Shown: in pieces, positions 11,634 to 24,475 of the stretch
How the letters are laid out: each line of letters opens with the position of its first letter
How positions within the stretch are numbered: the first letter of the stretch is position 1
Origin: an uncultured bacterium
GTDB lineage: Bacteria; Zixibacteria; MSB-5A5; JAABVY01; JAHJOQ01
Direction: 5' to 3'
DNA: 64,000 nucleotides
Assembly: GCA_965369655.1 (NCBI GenBank)
Contig: CBDUQR010000001.1
Coordinates: 160,001 to 224,000, forward strand
The notes under the pieces: model-generated
What the model saw: only the letters and a program-made list of their open reading frames with translations
Told to the model about the DNA's origin: nothing
Database searches by the model: none
Made by a program: the position numbers and the translations under genes

Positions 11634-12596
11634 TCATACCACTTTCCGTCTCAGAATATCATGCAGATGGATCAGGCCGGTTGGTTTGCCGTCGGAATCG
11701 ACTACGGCCAATGATGTGATACTGTGAGTCTCCATGATCGAGAGGGCTTTCTCGACCAGTTCATCAGCGGGGATGGTCTTGGGGTTCTGGGTCATATACT
11801 TCGAGACCGGTTTCACCAGAAAATCGTTGCCCTGTTCGACCGTTCGCCTGAGATCGCCGTCGGTGAAGATGCCGACCAATCTGCCGGAATCGTCGACCAC
11901 AATCGTGACGCCGAGTCTCTTCGTGGTGATCTCAAGAATCGCGTCTTTAGTCAACGCCGATATTTTCACAATCGGCATCTCGTCACCGGTGTGCATCAGA
12001 TCGGAGACGTGCAGGAGCAGCCGTCGTCCCAGCGCGCCGCCCGGATGACGAAGCGCAAAATCCTCAGGGGAGAATCCGCGCATCTCGAGCAGCACAATCG
12101 CGAGAGCATCGCCGAGAACAAGCGCGGCTGTCGATGACGTCGTCGGCACCAGATTGAATTCGTCGGCTTCGGAATCGACACCCGCATCGAGCACAGCATC
12201 GCACTTCTTAGCCAATGGCGAGTCCGTATTTCCCACGATCCCGATGATCGGTACGGCGAGCCGCTTGAACGGCGGTATGAGTTGCGAAAGCTCGTCGGTA
12301 TCGCCTGATTTGGAGAAAATCAGCACGACATCATCAGGCGTGACGATCCCCAAATCGCCGTGCATTCCCTCGGATGGATGCAGGAACATCGAGGGCGTTC
12401 CGGTGGAATTGAACGTGCCTGTGATCTTGCGCGCGATGATTCCCGATTTGCCGATGCCGGTCACTATCACGCGGCCCTTGCAGGAATACAGCAGGTCCAG
12501 CGCGCGATCGAAATTCTCGTCGAGCTTCTCGGCCAGCTTTCCAACCTGTTCCGCCTGGCTGCGGATTACACGTATTGCGCGTTCACGTCTGTTCAT
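11634..12596 (-). CDS. kdsD: Arabinose-5-phosphate isomerase (KpsF/GutQ)
   Basis: GIGKSG, HGDLG, PTTSSTA, HPGGALG, CBS pair. Confidence 0.95.
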   Translation of the reverse strand: MNRRERAIRVIRSQAEQVGKLAEKLDENFDRALDLLYSCKGRVIVTGIGKSGIIARKITGTFNSTGTPSMFLHPSEGMHGDLGIVTPDDVVLIFSKSGDTDELSQLIPPFKRLAVPIIGIVGNTDSPLAKKCDAVLDAGVDSEADEFNLVPTTSSTAALVLGDALAIVLLEMRGFSPEDFALRHPGGALGRRLLLHVSDLMHTGDEMPIVKISALTKDAILEITTKRLGVTIVVDDSGRLVGIFTDGDLRRTVEQGNDFLVKPVSKYMTQNPKTIPADELVEKALSIMETHSITSLAVVDSDGKPTGLIHLHDILRRKVV

Positions 12597-13117
12597 ATCA
12601 GGTCTGTCAGTTTCTTACCCTTCGCCAAAGCAACAAGTTCATACAGGTCGCGCACAGCGCCATGTCCACCGGCTCTTTTCGTTTTGTGATGTGATACACG
12701 AACAACCTCTCGAACGGCATCAGCAGGGCAGGCGGCGGTTCCGGCCGCTTCCATGACTTCGATATCGAGAATGTCGTTGCCCATGAAGATCGTCTCCTCA
12801 GGGGTGACGCCGGCGCGTTTCAGCATGTCGTTAAAGCATCCGATCTTGTCCATCTCCTGATAGACGTATGGAATCTGCAGTTCCGACATTCTGGCATCTG
12901 TGGCGGCTGAGTGGCGAGCAGATACTATTCCCGTCTCGATACCGATTCTGGTGATAAGCCTGATCGCGAGCCCATCCGATACGAAAAACCTTTTCAACTC
13001 GTAGCCGTCAGGACCAACGTATATCGTGTCATCGGTCAGGACGCCGTCAACATCGAGGACAATCAGTTTGACCAGTTTGATTCTCTTAAGGAATTTCTCA
13101 CGAGTCAGAAGCGGCAT
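12593..13117 (-). CDS. kdsC: KDO 8-phosphate phosphatase
   Basis: LDVDGVLTD HAD motif, GGHGAVR. Start moved to ATG 13117, just after the kdsA stop. Confidence 0.92.
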   Translation of the reverse strand: MPLLTREKFLKRIKLVKLIVLDVDGVLTDDTIYVGPDGYELKRFFVSDGLAIRLITRIGIETGIVSARHSAATDARMSELQIPYVYQEMDKIGCFNDMLKRAGVTPEETIFMGNDILDIEVMEAAGTAACPADAVREVVRVSHHKTKRAGGHGAVRDLYELVALAKGKKLTDLI

Positions 13118-13118
13118 G

Positions 13119-16319
<3,201 letters not shown>

Positions 16320-16323
<4 letters not shown>

Positions 16324-16610
16324 TTCTCGATCACTTTCGGGACCGAGAACATGTTTCTCTCTGTTACACTGGCATTCCCGATGGCTTCTGTCACAGGTAG
16401 CGACGGCCTGACTTTGTCGTCGCGAAGAGCATCGTGCAACATGTCAGTTACGAGCTGCGGTTCGACCCCCTGTGCGTCGATCTGCTTGAGAATATCGAGA
16501 TAGCCGAGAATCTTGCTCAAATCAGCACGGAATCGCTCCAGCTCAACCGGTGTCAACTTCAGCTTTGCCAAAGCCGCAATATGTTCGACTTCGTTTCTCA
16601 ATACAGACAT
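16320..16610 (-). CDS. gatC: Asp/Glu-tRNA amidotransferase subunit C
   Basis: VEHIAALAKL, LRDD, FSVPKVI; 96 aa. Confidence 0.9.
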
Positions 16611-16673
16611 ATTCTATTCACCTCACACACTGAGAGATATTATGTGGCTGAGAGGGTATTGTCAAGGAACAGA

Positions 16674-16700
16674 AAAGCGGGCGGCTGAGCCGCCCGCTTT
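16674..16700. terminator. Hairpin terminator after the histone-like gene
   Basis: aaagcgggcggc-tga-gccgcccgcttt perfect stem. Confidence 0.75.
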
Positions 16701-16735
16701 CACCACGAACTTCATCTGAAACAGCAGTCAGACGA

Positions 16736-16954
16736 TTATCTCTTTTTTGCTGTTTTCTTCTTAGCTACTTTCTTCTTGGTGACTTTCTTCTTGGCGACTT
16801 TTTTCTTCGCCACTTTCTTTCTCCCTGTCTTCTTCGTTACTTTCTTCTTAGCGACCTTTTTCTTCGCTACTTTCTTCCTGGCCGTTTTCTTAGTCGTTTT
16901 CTTTCTTGTTGTCTTCTTGGTCGCTTTCTTCCTCGCTGTCTTCTTAACCGGCAT
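16736..16954 (-). CDS. Lys-rich histone H1-like small basic protein (72 aa)
   Basis: ATG 16954 behind GAGGAG; repeated KKVAKKK/KKTARKK units; own terminator. Confidence 0.8.
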   Translation of the reverse strand: MPVKKTARKKATKKTTRKKTTKKTARKKVAKKKVAKKKVTKKTGRKKVAKKKVAKKKVTKKKVAKKKTAKKR

Positions 16955-17203
16955 GGCCTCACTCCTCGGTAAGGGTTTGGTTTCTTTTCCTTTGAGCGGA
17001 ATTTTAACTTTGTTCAAACATCAGTCAACAAAAAATCTTTCATAAGGTATTCTTTTCATCGGCGATTTCGAATACAGACGTTAGTGTCGTGTGCAACATT
17101 TCAATCAACGACATGAATGCGGTGACGGTGACAACATCAATTTCACCATAACTTCCGTTGAGTGAGGTAAGCTCTCTGCGTTTTCAAAGATGTTATCCAT
17201 GTC

Positions 17204-18193
17204 TTAACGCGACTTGATTCGTCGTCTCGCGTTGTTGTGTTCGCGAAGAGTCTTCGAAAATATATGCCCGCCGTTTCCATCGGCGACGAAGTAGAGGTAG
17301 TCGGTGTCCGATGGATAGAGCGCAGCGACCAATGATGCCGCACCGGGCGAACAGATCGGTCCGGGCGGCAGACCGGAATACTTGTAGGTGTTATACGGTG
17401 AATCCACTTCGAGATCCTTATAGAGCAACGGTCTGTCGAGCCCGCCGAGCGCATAGATGACTGTTGGATCACACTGAAGAAGCATTCCCTTGTCGAGACG
17501 GTTGTGGTAGACCGAAGATATGAGCGCCCGTTCCTCACCATTCTTCGCTTCGGCTTCAATCAGTGAGGCGAATGTTACGAGTTCATGGAATGTAAACTGC
17601 ATTCGCTCCATCTGATTCTGAAGCGAATCAGACATGAACTTCGTTAGTTGTCCAACGATAGTCGCCAGCACATGATCGGGAGGCGAGCCCCAGGGAATCA
17701 GATACGTCTCGGGAAACAGATAACCTTCGAGGGAATCTGCGTCTATGCCGAACGATTCGATAAAGCTTCTGTCGGTCGCCAACGCCTCAAACTCGGCGAT
17801 ATCGATATCGGCGGCGCTGGAAAGAATGCGCAGAATCCGATTCAACGTCAGTCCTTCGGGAATAGTGATTTTGAGTTCGGATGATTTACCTTCACTCAGG
17901 ATTTCGAGAATGTCCCACCGAGTATGATCCCTGGTGAAGTCATATCTGCCGACCTTAAGATTTTTATCGAGCCCGGACACGGAACAGAGCAGACGGAAGC
18001 TCCGGTCGGATGGAAACAGTTTCAGGCTGTCGACACGTATCGAGACCCGTCGCGCAGTCTCCCCGGAGTAGATGTAGAGCGAAATCCCTTCAGGCACGGT
18101 CACCGGCTTAACTGCGAACCATGAGTACGACAGCAACACCGCGACAACAACGAGCAGGAGTGCAACAACAACGATCAAGCGGATTGACTTCAT
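17204..18193 (-). CDS. mltG: Endolytic transglycosylase MltG
   Basis: N-terminal TM helix, TIPEG, LEGYLFPETY, ASLIEAE, SPYNTY, GLPPGPI. Confidence 0.95.
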   Translation of the reverse strand: MKSIRLIVVVALLLVVVAVLLSYSWFAVKPVTVPEGISLYIYSGETARRVSIRVDSLKLFPSDRSFRLLCSVSGLDKNLKVGRYDFTRDHTRWDILEILSEGKSSELKITIPEGLTLNRILRILSSAADIDIAEFEALATDRSFIESFGIDADSLEGYLFPETYLIPWGSPPDHVLATIVGQLTKFMSDSLQNQMERMQFTFHELVTFASLIEAEAKNGEERALISSVYHNRLDKGMLLQCDPTVIYALGGLDRPLLYKDLEVDSPYNTYKYSGLPPGPICSPGAASLVAALYPSDTDYLYFVADGNGGHIFSKTLREHNNARRRIKSR

Positions 18194-18196
18194 CGG

Positions 18197-18325
18197 TTAC
18201 AGCTTCTTGAACAGCCGCACAGGATACGACATGAGTTTGAGTGGTACATACAGAATCGCCGATGCCAGAATGAGAGTCGTGAAGAAAAGCCACGAGAAAA
18301 TATCTGTGATCGAAGATCGTGACAT
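18197..18325 (-). CDS. Small single-pass membrane protein (42 aa)
   Basis: MSRSSITDIFSWLFFTTLILASAILYVPLKLMSYPVRLFKKL fills the ruvX-mltG gap with 3-nt spacers on both sides. Confidence 0.6.
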   Translation of the reverse strand: MSRSSITDIFSWLFFTTLILASAILYVPLKLMSYPVRLFKKL

Positions 18326-18328
18326 TCT

Positions 18329-18751
18329 CTACAGCCCTTTCCCTCTGTCGAGATATTCGTTTAAGATCACCTCGGCTGCCCCGGCGTCGACACGACCCTT
18401 GTCATCGCCGATCCTTCCGCCTGCAGCGTGGATGTGACCGAGCGCGATCACCGATGTGTATCGCTCATCAAGAGTATCAAACGCGACTGTCGGGAGACCG
18501 GCCTTAAGACCCGCACAGATTTCGTCGATCTCTTCGCAGAGTTCACCACGCTCTCCATCCTCGCGGATCGGATAACCGAGGACGACCTCGTCGATATCAT
18601 GTGAGCGAATATACGACATGAGCTTCTTGACAGCATCTTTCTTTCCGCTGACCTGAATAGCCTCTGAATGAGACACGATAATCCTGTCGGGATCGGAGTA
18701 GGCCACTCCAATTCGTCTTCTTCCATAATCGATCGCAAGGATTCTTCCCAT
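18329..18751 (-). CDS. ruvX: YqgF/RuvX family nuclease
   Basis: ILAIDYGRRRIGVAYSD, DERYTS, VDAGAAEVIL; start ATG 18751. Confidence 0.92.
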   Translation of the reverse strand: MGRILAIDYGRRRIGVAYSDPDRIIVSHSEAIQVSGKKDAVKKLMSYIRSHDIDEVVLGYPIREDGERGELCEEIDEICAGLKAGLPTVAFDTLDERYTSVIALGHIHAAGGRIGDDKGRVDAGAAEVILNEYLDRGKGL

Positions 18752-19018
18752 ATTATTGTATATACGCCCATGTTCATTCCAAGTCAACCGTGATGCAACC
18801 TGTTTCACAAAAAGCGATACAAATGTGCAGACACTTGCCGTACGCAAGTCGCTGCATGATGGTGTTCAATTTCTGAACAGCCTGCCTAAATCATGCTGCG
18901 CCAATGTGTAATATGCCTCAGCACCCGATCGGCTGACAAGCCGACGCCATGCTGTCGGTACGGCACGCGCGTTGCGTCATCAGCAGACAGAGAAGAGAAT
19001 AGAGATGAAGGAGGCCGC

Positions 19019-19639
19019 ATGTTAGCAACAAGATATGAGAGAGGTTTCCCGAGAGAAAGGCTCGATAAATTCTCGGAGCCGAAAGTGAAGCGCGACGACA
19101 AGGGTTTCTATATAATGACGCTGAGCGAAAACGTCAAGGTCTACATCGAGGACTACTACTCATTCCTTGAGGAACTGTGGGAACGCGCGGAGGCAAAATA
19201 CCGCAAGTATGACGCCAAGCTCGCAGACGTCGACCCGTCGCAGCAGGAAACGATTTCATTTTACAGATCGCAGAAGATCATCTTCACAATACTGCTCAAG
19301 AACATTCGATCATTCTATACCGACGCCAACAACCTCAGTATCATAATGACGCCCTGGTGTTTTGGTACTGTGGTTCTCGAAAAAGTCGAGGCGTTCAGAG
19401 ACAAGCTGAGGAAGGGCGAGATCGAAGGCGAGGACGTCGGGGACTACCCGTACTATGTTGTTCGCTACATAGACGAGACCTACAAGAAGACCCTCCTCGA
19501 CATATTCGCCTTTCCGCCTAAGGCGTTCTCTATGCGATGGCAGTATTCGGAACTGTTGAAAAGATACAGCAAGTCGTTGACGAATATTTCTTCCTCCCTC
19601 CAGAGCGTACTTCTCATGATCAAGAACTACACTTCTTGA
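19019..19639 (+). CDS. Hypothetical helical protein (206 aa)
   Basis: ATG behind AAGGAGG; coding-like composition; no motif recognised. Confidence 0.75.
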   Translation: MLATRYERGFPRERLDKFSEPKVKRDDKGFYIMTLSENVKVYIEDYYSFLEELWERAEAKYRKYDAKLADVDPSQQETISFYRSQKIIFTILLKNIRSFYTDANNLSIIMTPWCFGTVVLEKVEAFRDKLRKGEIEGEDVGDYPYYVVRYIDETYKKTLLDIFAFPPKAFSMRWQYSELLKRYSKSLTNISSSLQSVLLMIKNYTS

Positions 19640-19739
19640 TCTCTATTCTCTCCCGTGCGTGATAGAAATCCTGTCTCTCGGCAGGATTTCTTTGTTTCGT
19701 GTTTAATGTGAAACAGCTCCCGACCGATAATTCATACAA

Positions 19740-20732
19740 ATGGTTAACTCGGCAGTAAAGCAGACCGGGGAATCGGTTTTTCCATATCTCCCCATATACC
19801 TCGATAGTCTGGTAGTGGATACCGTGCTCGACTTCGACCTGTTCCTCAAATTCGGACGAGAGTTGGTTCTCTACAGATCGAGCCGTCTTCCATTCACCGA
19901 ACGCAGCCGAACGAAACTTGTCGAAAACAATGTCACCAGACTGTTCGTGCCCGTTACTGCAAAACAGGAATACCGTAAGTACCTCGAGAACAATCTGACG
20001 AGAATTGTGGAGGATACTGCGATTCAAGAGGAGACAAAAGCTGCGATAGTATATGATTCGTCAAAGGCGCTCGTCAAAGACATCCTGGACAACCCGTCTC
20101 TGTCGGAAAACATCGAACGATCAAAAAACATGGTGGGCAACCATATCCTATACATAATGCGCGGCAGGGAGGCATTTCTCAACCTGCTGAAAATTGCTTC
20201 GTTCGACTACTACCTGTACACTCATTCAGTCAATGTCTGCTCATTCTCGATCGCCCTTGCCATGCACTTAGGTATTAAAGACAAGGAATCACTCTGGCTG
20301 CTCGGTCTTGGCGCGCTCCTGCATGATGTCGGCAAATCGAGGATTTCGGGCCGCATACTCAACAAGAGCGCCCCGCTCAATCGCGCCGAGTTCGAGATCG
20401 TGAAGAAGCATCCCTCATGGGGCAAAGAGATCTTGAGCGAAACGGATATCATCCCTGACGAAGCATACTACCCCATCATGCAGCATCACGAGCGTCTCGA
20501 TGGCTCAGGTTACCCGCGAGGAATCTCCGGTAGCGAGATTCACCACTACGGGAGAATAATCGCCGTCTGCGATGTATTTGATGCCCTGACCACACAAAGA
20601 GCCTATCAGGACGCGATGGGCACCTACCCTGCTCTGAGGGAGATGTACAATCAACGACAAGCCTATGATAGCAAGATTCTCGAAGCATTCACGATGCTAA
20701 TGGGGCCGAATGAACCCATCCTGCAGCCATAG
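19740..20732 (+). CDS. HD-GYP phosphodiesterase
   Basis: HSVNV, LLHDVGK, HHERLDGSGYP, DVFDALT. Confidence 0.93.
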   Translation: MVNSAVKQTGESVFPYLPIYLDSLVVDTVLDFDLFLKFGRELVLYRSSRLPFTERSRTKLVENNVTRLFVPVTAKQEYRKYLENNLTRIVEDTAIQEETKAAIVYDSSKALVKDILDNPSLSENIERSKNMVGNHILYIMRGREAFLNLLKIASFDYYLYTHSVNVCSFSIALAMHLGIKDKESLWLLGLGALLHDVGKSRISGRILNKSAPLNRAEFEIVKKHPSWGKEILSETDIIPDEAYYPIMQHHERLDGSGYPRGISGSEIHHYGRIIAVCDVFDALTTQRAYQDAMGTYPALREMYNQRQAYDSKILEAFTMLMGPNEPILQP

Positions 20733-20815
20733 CACACCAATCGAGCCCCAGGGCACAACCCTGATTGACATTCCCGACCGGTACTCCTATTTTGTCTGCT
20801 GGAAAGGAGAATGTA

Positions 20816-21202
20816 GTGGGAAAGAGAATCATCTCTACCGACAAAGCGCCGCAGATGACAGGCGCGTACTCCCAGGCGATTACCTCTGATAACCTGCGAA
20901 TGGTATTCTGCTCCGGACAGATAGCCATCGATCCCGAATCGAATAACATGATCACGGGCGGAATCCGTGAGCAGACAGAACGAGTCATCAGGAATGTCGG
21001 GGCTGTCCTCGACGCGGCGGGGTCCGACCTAAGCAGAGTGTTGAAAGTAACGGTCTTTCTGAAGAGCATGAATGACTTCCCTGTTTTCAACGAGGTCTAC
21101 GCCGGATTCTTCGGGTCATCGCCTCCGGCGAGAGCCACTGTAGAAGTGTCGGGACTTCCAAAAGGCGCGCTTATCGAAATGGACGCGATTGCAGAAATAT
21201 GA
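20816..21202 (+). CDS. RidA/YjgF family deaminase
   Basis: GAYSQA, SGQI, PARATVEVSGLPKGALIEMDAIA; GTG start behind AAGGAG. Confidence 0.93.
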   Translation: MGKRIISTDKAPQMTGAYSQAITSDNLRMVFCSGQIAIDPESNNMITGGIREQTERVIRNVGAVLDAAGSDLSRVLKVTVFLKSMNDFPVFNEVYAGFFGSSPPARATVEVSGLPKGALIEMDAIAEI

Positions 21203-21283
21203 TCACATTTGAGAAAGGAGAGGGTCTATGCACCGGACCGAGACGTATAACCTCAGGACAAACACTTAACAGGAGGATAAATC

Positions 21284-21952
21284 ATCCAAGCCAAAACGAG
21301 TAAGCTCATACGTATAGGGATATTCTATGACGGCGGCTATTTCTTCAAAGTAAGTAACTACTATAAGTTCGGGCATCCGCGTGGTGCACGATTATCATTT
21401 GGTGGAATCCATGATTTCGTTCGTGCGAAAATCGCCGAGTTGGAGAATGTCGATGTGCAATACTGTCATATCATAGAGGCTCACTATTTCCGTGGGAGAC
21501 TTTCAGCCCAGACCGCTTCCGCGACAGATCAACTCGGGAAGGAGAGAGCATTTGACGATGTTCTAATCAGATCCGGCATTCTAACGCACTACCTTCCACT
21601 CGATGAGACTAATTATTCGCACCCTGTCGAAAAGGGTATCGACGTGATGCTCTCTGTCGAGGCGCTCGATCTGACGTATCACAAACAATTCGATGTTGTT
21701 GTCCTTGTGGTCTGTGACGGCGACTATGTCTCCCTTGTCCGGAAAGTGAACGGTCTCGGGACGAGGGTCATGTTGCTGGCCTGGGATTTCAGTTACGAAT
21801 ATGAAACCGAATCGAAATCGATAAGAAAAGAGCACACAAGAGTATCCCAGTCTCTGATCAATACAGTGACATATCCAATCATGATGTCGAGACTGATCGA
21901 CGACCGGACGTCCTCACGCGACGCGATCGTGAACGGTCTATTCGTCGGTTGA
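21284..21952 (+). CDS. NYN (LabA/DUF88) PIN-like nuclease, apparent ATC start
   Basis: RIGIFYDGGY, EKGIDV, DGDY motifs. The first motif lies upstream of the tracked TTG at 21440. Confidence 0.82.
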   Translation: MQAKTSKLIRIGIFYDGGYFFKVSNYYKFGHPRGARLSFGGIHDFVRAKIAELENVDVQYCHIIEAHYFRGRLSAQTASATDQLGKERAFDDVLIRSGILTHYLPLDETNYSHPVEKGIDVMLSVEALDLTYHKQFDVVVLVVCDGDYVSLVRKVNGLGTRVMLLAWDFSYEYETESKSIRKEHTRVSQSLINTVTYPIMMSRLIDDRTSSRDAIVNGLFVG

Positions 21953-21975
21953 ATTCAAACATACGATCCATAGGA

Positions 21976-22001
21976 AAAGGGCCGCAGATAAGCGGCCCTT
22001 T
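21976..22001. terminator. Bidirectional terminator
   Basis: aaagggccgc-agataa-gcggcccttt between convergent genes. Confidence 0.8.
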
Positions 22002-22023
22002 CTCGTGTTGTCTTTCGAGATGA

Positions 22024-22590
22024 TCAGTTGCCGTCATTGTCCCACGGCCAATCTCCGAAACGAAATCCCCGTGGAGCCTCGCCGAACATCATACAATCAT
22101 CGTTCATCATGCCCATGCCGATTCCATGTCCGCGTGGATGACGCCCGCCTTGTCCGCGGCCACCGAAGGGCATCGTTTCGAGTTTCGCCTTTTGCTCATC
22201 GGTAAGCATGTTGCGGAAAGCGAGTCGCTGATGCACATTGATCTTCTGGATATTGGTTCTGATCGCCGACATCTGATCGATCTTTTTGTCGATCTCGGCC
22301 TTGCCAGCGCCACTCCGCATCAGTTCATGCAGTTCGAGACGAGCAAGCTTAAGATCAGACTTGATCGGGATCAGTTTCTTCTGTGTCTCAAGGCGCATTG
22401 CCCTGGCCTGCTTGATCTGATCAGTTGTCAGCTCGAGCATTTCGATCATGCTCTTGCCCTGACTGAATCCTTTGTGGAAATTACCACCGCCAGGACCTCC
22501 GCGCCCCATGCCTCTCTGTGCATTTGCAGTGACACCTCCGAATACGAATAGCGTAATTACCAGAAGTGTCAGGATTCCTGTCTTTTTCAT
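22024..22590 (-). CDS. Spy/CpxP-family periplasmic protein
   Basis: Signal peptide, Gly/Met-rich segments, LELTTDQ and LTDEQK (LTxxQ) motifs. Confidence 0.85.
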   Translation of the reverse strand: MKKTGILTLLVITLFVFGGVTANAQRGMGRGGPGGGNFHKGFSQGKSMIEMLELTTDQIKQARAMRLETQKKLIPIKSDLKLARLELHELMRSGAGKAEIDKKIDQMSAIRTNIQKINVHQRLAFRNMLTDEQKAKLETMPFGGRGQGGRHPRGHGIGMGMMNDDCMMFGEAPRGFRFGDWPWDNDGN

Positions 22591-22591
22591 T

Positions 22592-23296
22592 TCAGATACC
22601 TCCTTCAGGAGACTTGTAGCCTCCGATTTCGATTTTGTTACACTCTTGTCTTATTCTCTCTCTATGCAATCCGTCGCAGGGGAATTGGGTACTTGATCGA
22701 TTTCCGATATCGTATACGACGCACCCATGATCGGGTGGGAAATCAGGCACCATGCAGGGTGGCGAGTCGATGAAGCCGATCATGCCGATCGGCAGCCTCG
22801 GTCCTCTTCCGACGCCACGGTGTTTTCTCCAGTGACCTTGCTTTTCCCTGTACCTGCCGATCTGACCTTCCAGCATGCCGAGGAGTTTGCGCTTCTGACG
22901 TGGAGTGAGCATCTCCCCTTCACTCATTATGTATCCGATCGCATCTCTATGGAGTCGGTTCTGGACGTTTCCTATAGAATCGACCAGTCCGAATACCAGC
23001 GCAGTGTCGGGCGATTCAGCGTGCATGGCAGCGAAGAGGTTCGACTGGAGTCTGTGCAGATCATCAGCCAGATGTCGTGTGCCTTCAAAAAACTCTCTGC
23101 GGGAATCTCTCACATGTTGCATCTGCTCTTTATCGAGCCCGATCCTGTTGAAGAATCTCAATTCGCGCTCAGCCGGATCACCCGGAGGCATCGGGAGTCC
23201 GCCGTGTGACCATCTCATATAAGCGACTGTGGAAATCGCGGTCAGATTGAATATGGTCAGCAGAACGATGGCAAATATGAACAACTTCTTTTTCAT
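22592..23296 (-). CDS. Periplasmic Spy/ZraP-like (heavy-metal sensor type) protein
   Basis: N-terminal TM, IGLDKEQ and LTPRQK motifs. Confidence 0.78.
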   Translation of the reverse strand: MKKKLFIFAIVLLTIFNLTAISTVAYMRWSHGGLPMPPGDPAERELRFFNRIGLDKEQMQHVRDSRREFFEGTRHLADDLHRLQSNLFAAMHAESPDTALVFGLVDSIGNVQNRLHRDAIGYIMSEGEMLTPRQKRKLLGMLEGQIGRYREKQGHWRKHRGVGRGPRLPIGMIGFIDSPPCMVPDFPPDHGCVVYDIGNRSSTQFPCDGLHRERIRQECNKIEIGGYKSPEGGI

Positions 23297-23784
23297 GATT
23301 CGTCACCTCCTGCGGCATCGTTGCTTGCAGTCAGATCGAAGTAGAGATCGGCGAGTGAACCACCCGGAAGATCCTCGAAACTGTCGAGGCCATAGTCAAC
23401 GAGAAGGTCAGATGACTCGTCAACGGACTCACCGGCTGTGGCTGGGACTACAGCGAATTTGTATCCTGAAAAGACAGCCAGAAGAAGAGCCACAGCAATT
23501 GCCGCTGGCTGGAGCGTCGGGAAAATCCTCTTCCAGATCGGGTCCGGCGATTTTCCGACGATCTCGTCATCGAGCCGCGCTTCGAGTCTGGTCCGGAAGA
23601 ACGGCGATGGTTCGAGTTCCTCAATCTCATCGACACTCGTCCATATCGCCCTGAATTGCTCGACCAGCTCGCGGCAGGAAGCGCACGACTCGATGTGCTG
23701 CCTGATCCGCTCGGTCAACTCATCGTCCAATTGCTGTTCGATGAAGTCTACGAGCTTTTCCTCTATGAGCCTGCAATTTTTCAC
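23293..23784 (-). CDS. ZAS (zf-HC2) membrane anti-sigma factor, module A
   Basis: HIESCASC (HxxxCxxC) followed by one TM helix; downstream of an ECF sigma. Confidence 0.88.
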   Translation of the reverse strand: MKNCRLIEEKLVDFIEQQLDDELTERIRQHIESCASCRELVEQFRAIWTSVDEIEELEPSPFFRTRLEARLDDEIVGKSPDPIWKRIFPTLQPAAIAVALLLAVFSGYKFAVVPATAGESVDESSDLLVDYGLDSFEDLPGGSLADLYFDLTASNDAAGGDES

Positions 23785-23806
23785 ATCAACCTCCGTCTAT
23801 CTCAGA

Positions 23807-23831
23807 GACACTTGCATTCGATAATACTTGC
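23807..23831 (-). promoter_or_regulatory. ECF promoter motif A (GCAAGT-N14-GTGTC) before the anti-sigma
   Basis: Same bipartite motif at 24451-24475 and 26012-26037. Confidence 0.65.
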
Positions 23832-23841
23832 ATGCTTTTTC

Positions 23842-24438
23842 TCACTTCCCGAGCTTCCTGACGAGCGATTTCCGAAGACGTAATTTCGCCCTGTGGATTC
23901 GGGATTCGACAGCCGAGAGCGATATTCCGAGGAATCGGGCGATCTCGACATAGGGCATGCCATCGAGCTTGTGCAGGGAAAACGGCTTCCCGAGTCTCTC
24001 CGGCAACTCGGCGATCGCGTCATAGAGAATCGCAGCGTTCCGCTCGATCTCGAAGCTCCTGTCCGGCCTGTCCGAGTCCCTGCCGGGGATCGATTCTTCG
24101 ATATTGCGGTCTGAATCGGAGGATTCCATCGGGATCAGACCTGGCTTTCTGTTGTCGCGAATATAATTGAGAGACTTGTAATGTGCGATTCGCAGTATCC
24201 ATGTCGAAAGCGATGATTCGCCCCTGAACTTGTGGATATTTCGATAGACCTCGACGAAGACGTCCTGAGCGATGTCCTCAGCGTCCATCTTGTTGCCTGT
24301 CAAGCGATAGCAGAGATTCAGTACTCGACGGGAGAGACGGTCAACAAGAGTGTTGAACGCAGCCTTGTCACCCGACCTGATCTTCTCGATCAGCTCCCAT
24401 TCGTCTAAACGCTTTTCTATCATAAGCCGGATAGACAT
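23842..24438 (-). CDS. ECF RNA polymerase sigma factor, module A (start 24438 or 24423)
   Basis: DAEDIAQDVF, STWILRIA, YVEIA...AVESRIHRAK. Confidence 0.95.
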   Translation of the reverse strand: MSIRLMIEKRLDEWELIEKIRSGDKAAFNTLVDRLSRRVLNLCYRLTGNKMDAEDIAQDVFVEVYRNIHKFRGESSLSTWILRIAHYKSLNYIRDNRKPGLIPMESSDSDRNIEESIPGRDSDRPDRSFEIERNAAILYDAIAELPERLGKPFSLHKLDGMPYVEIARFLGISLSAVESRIHRAKLRLRKSLVRKLGK

Positions 24439-24450
24439 TACTACAGATTC

Positions 24451-24475
24451 GACACGAATAAAAGGCAAAACTTGC
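24451..24475 (-). promoter_or_regulatory. ECF promoter motif A before the sigma gene (autoregulation)
   Basis: GCAAGT-N14-GTGTC. Confidence 0.65.

Noticed and set aside
16740-16950. Periodic ttcttc DNA as a tandem repeat or CRISPR
   Set aside because: Explained by Lys codons of the histone-like protein; no repeat-spacer structure.
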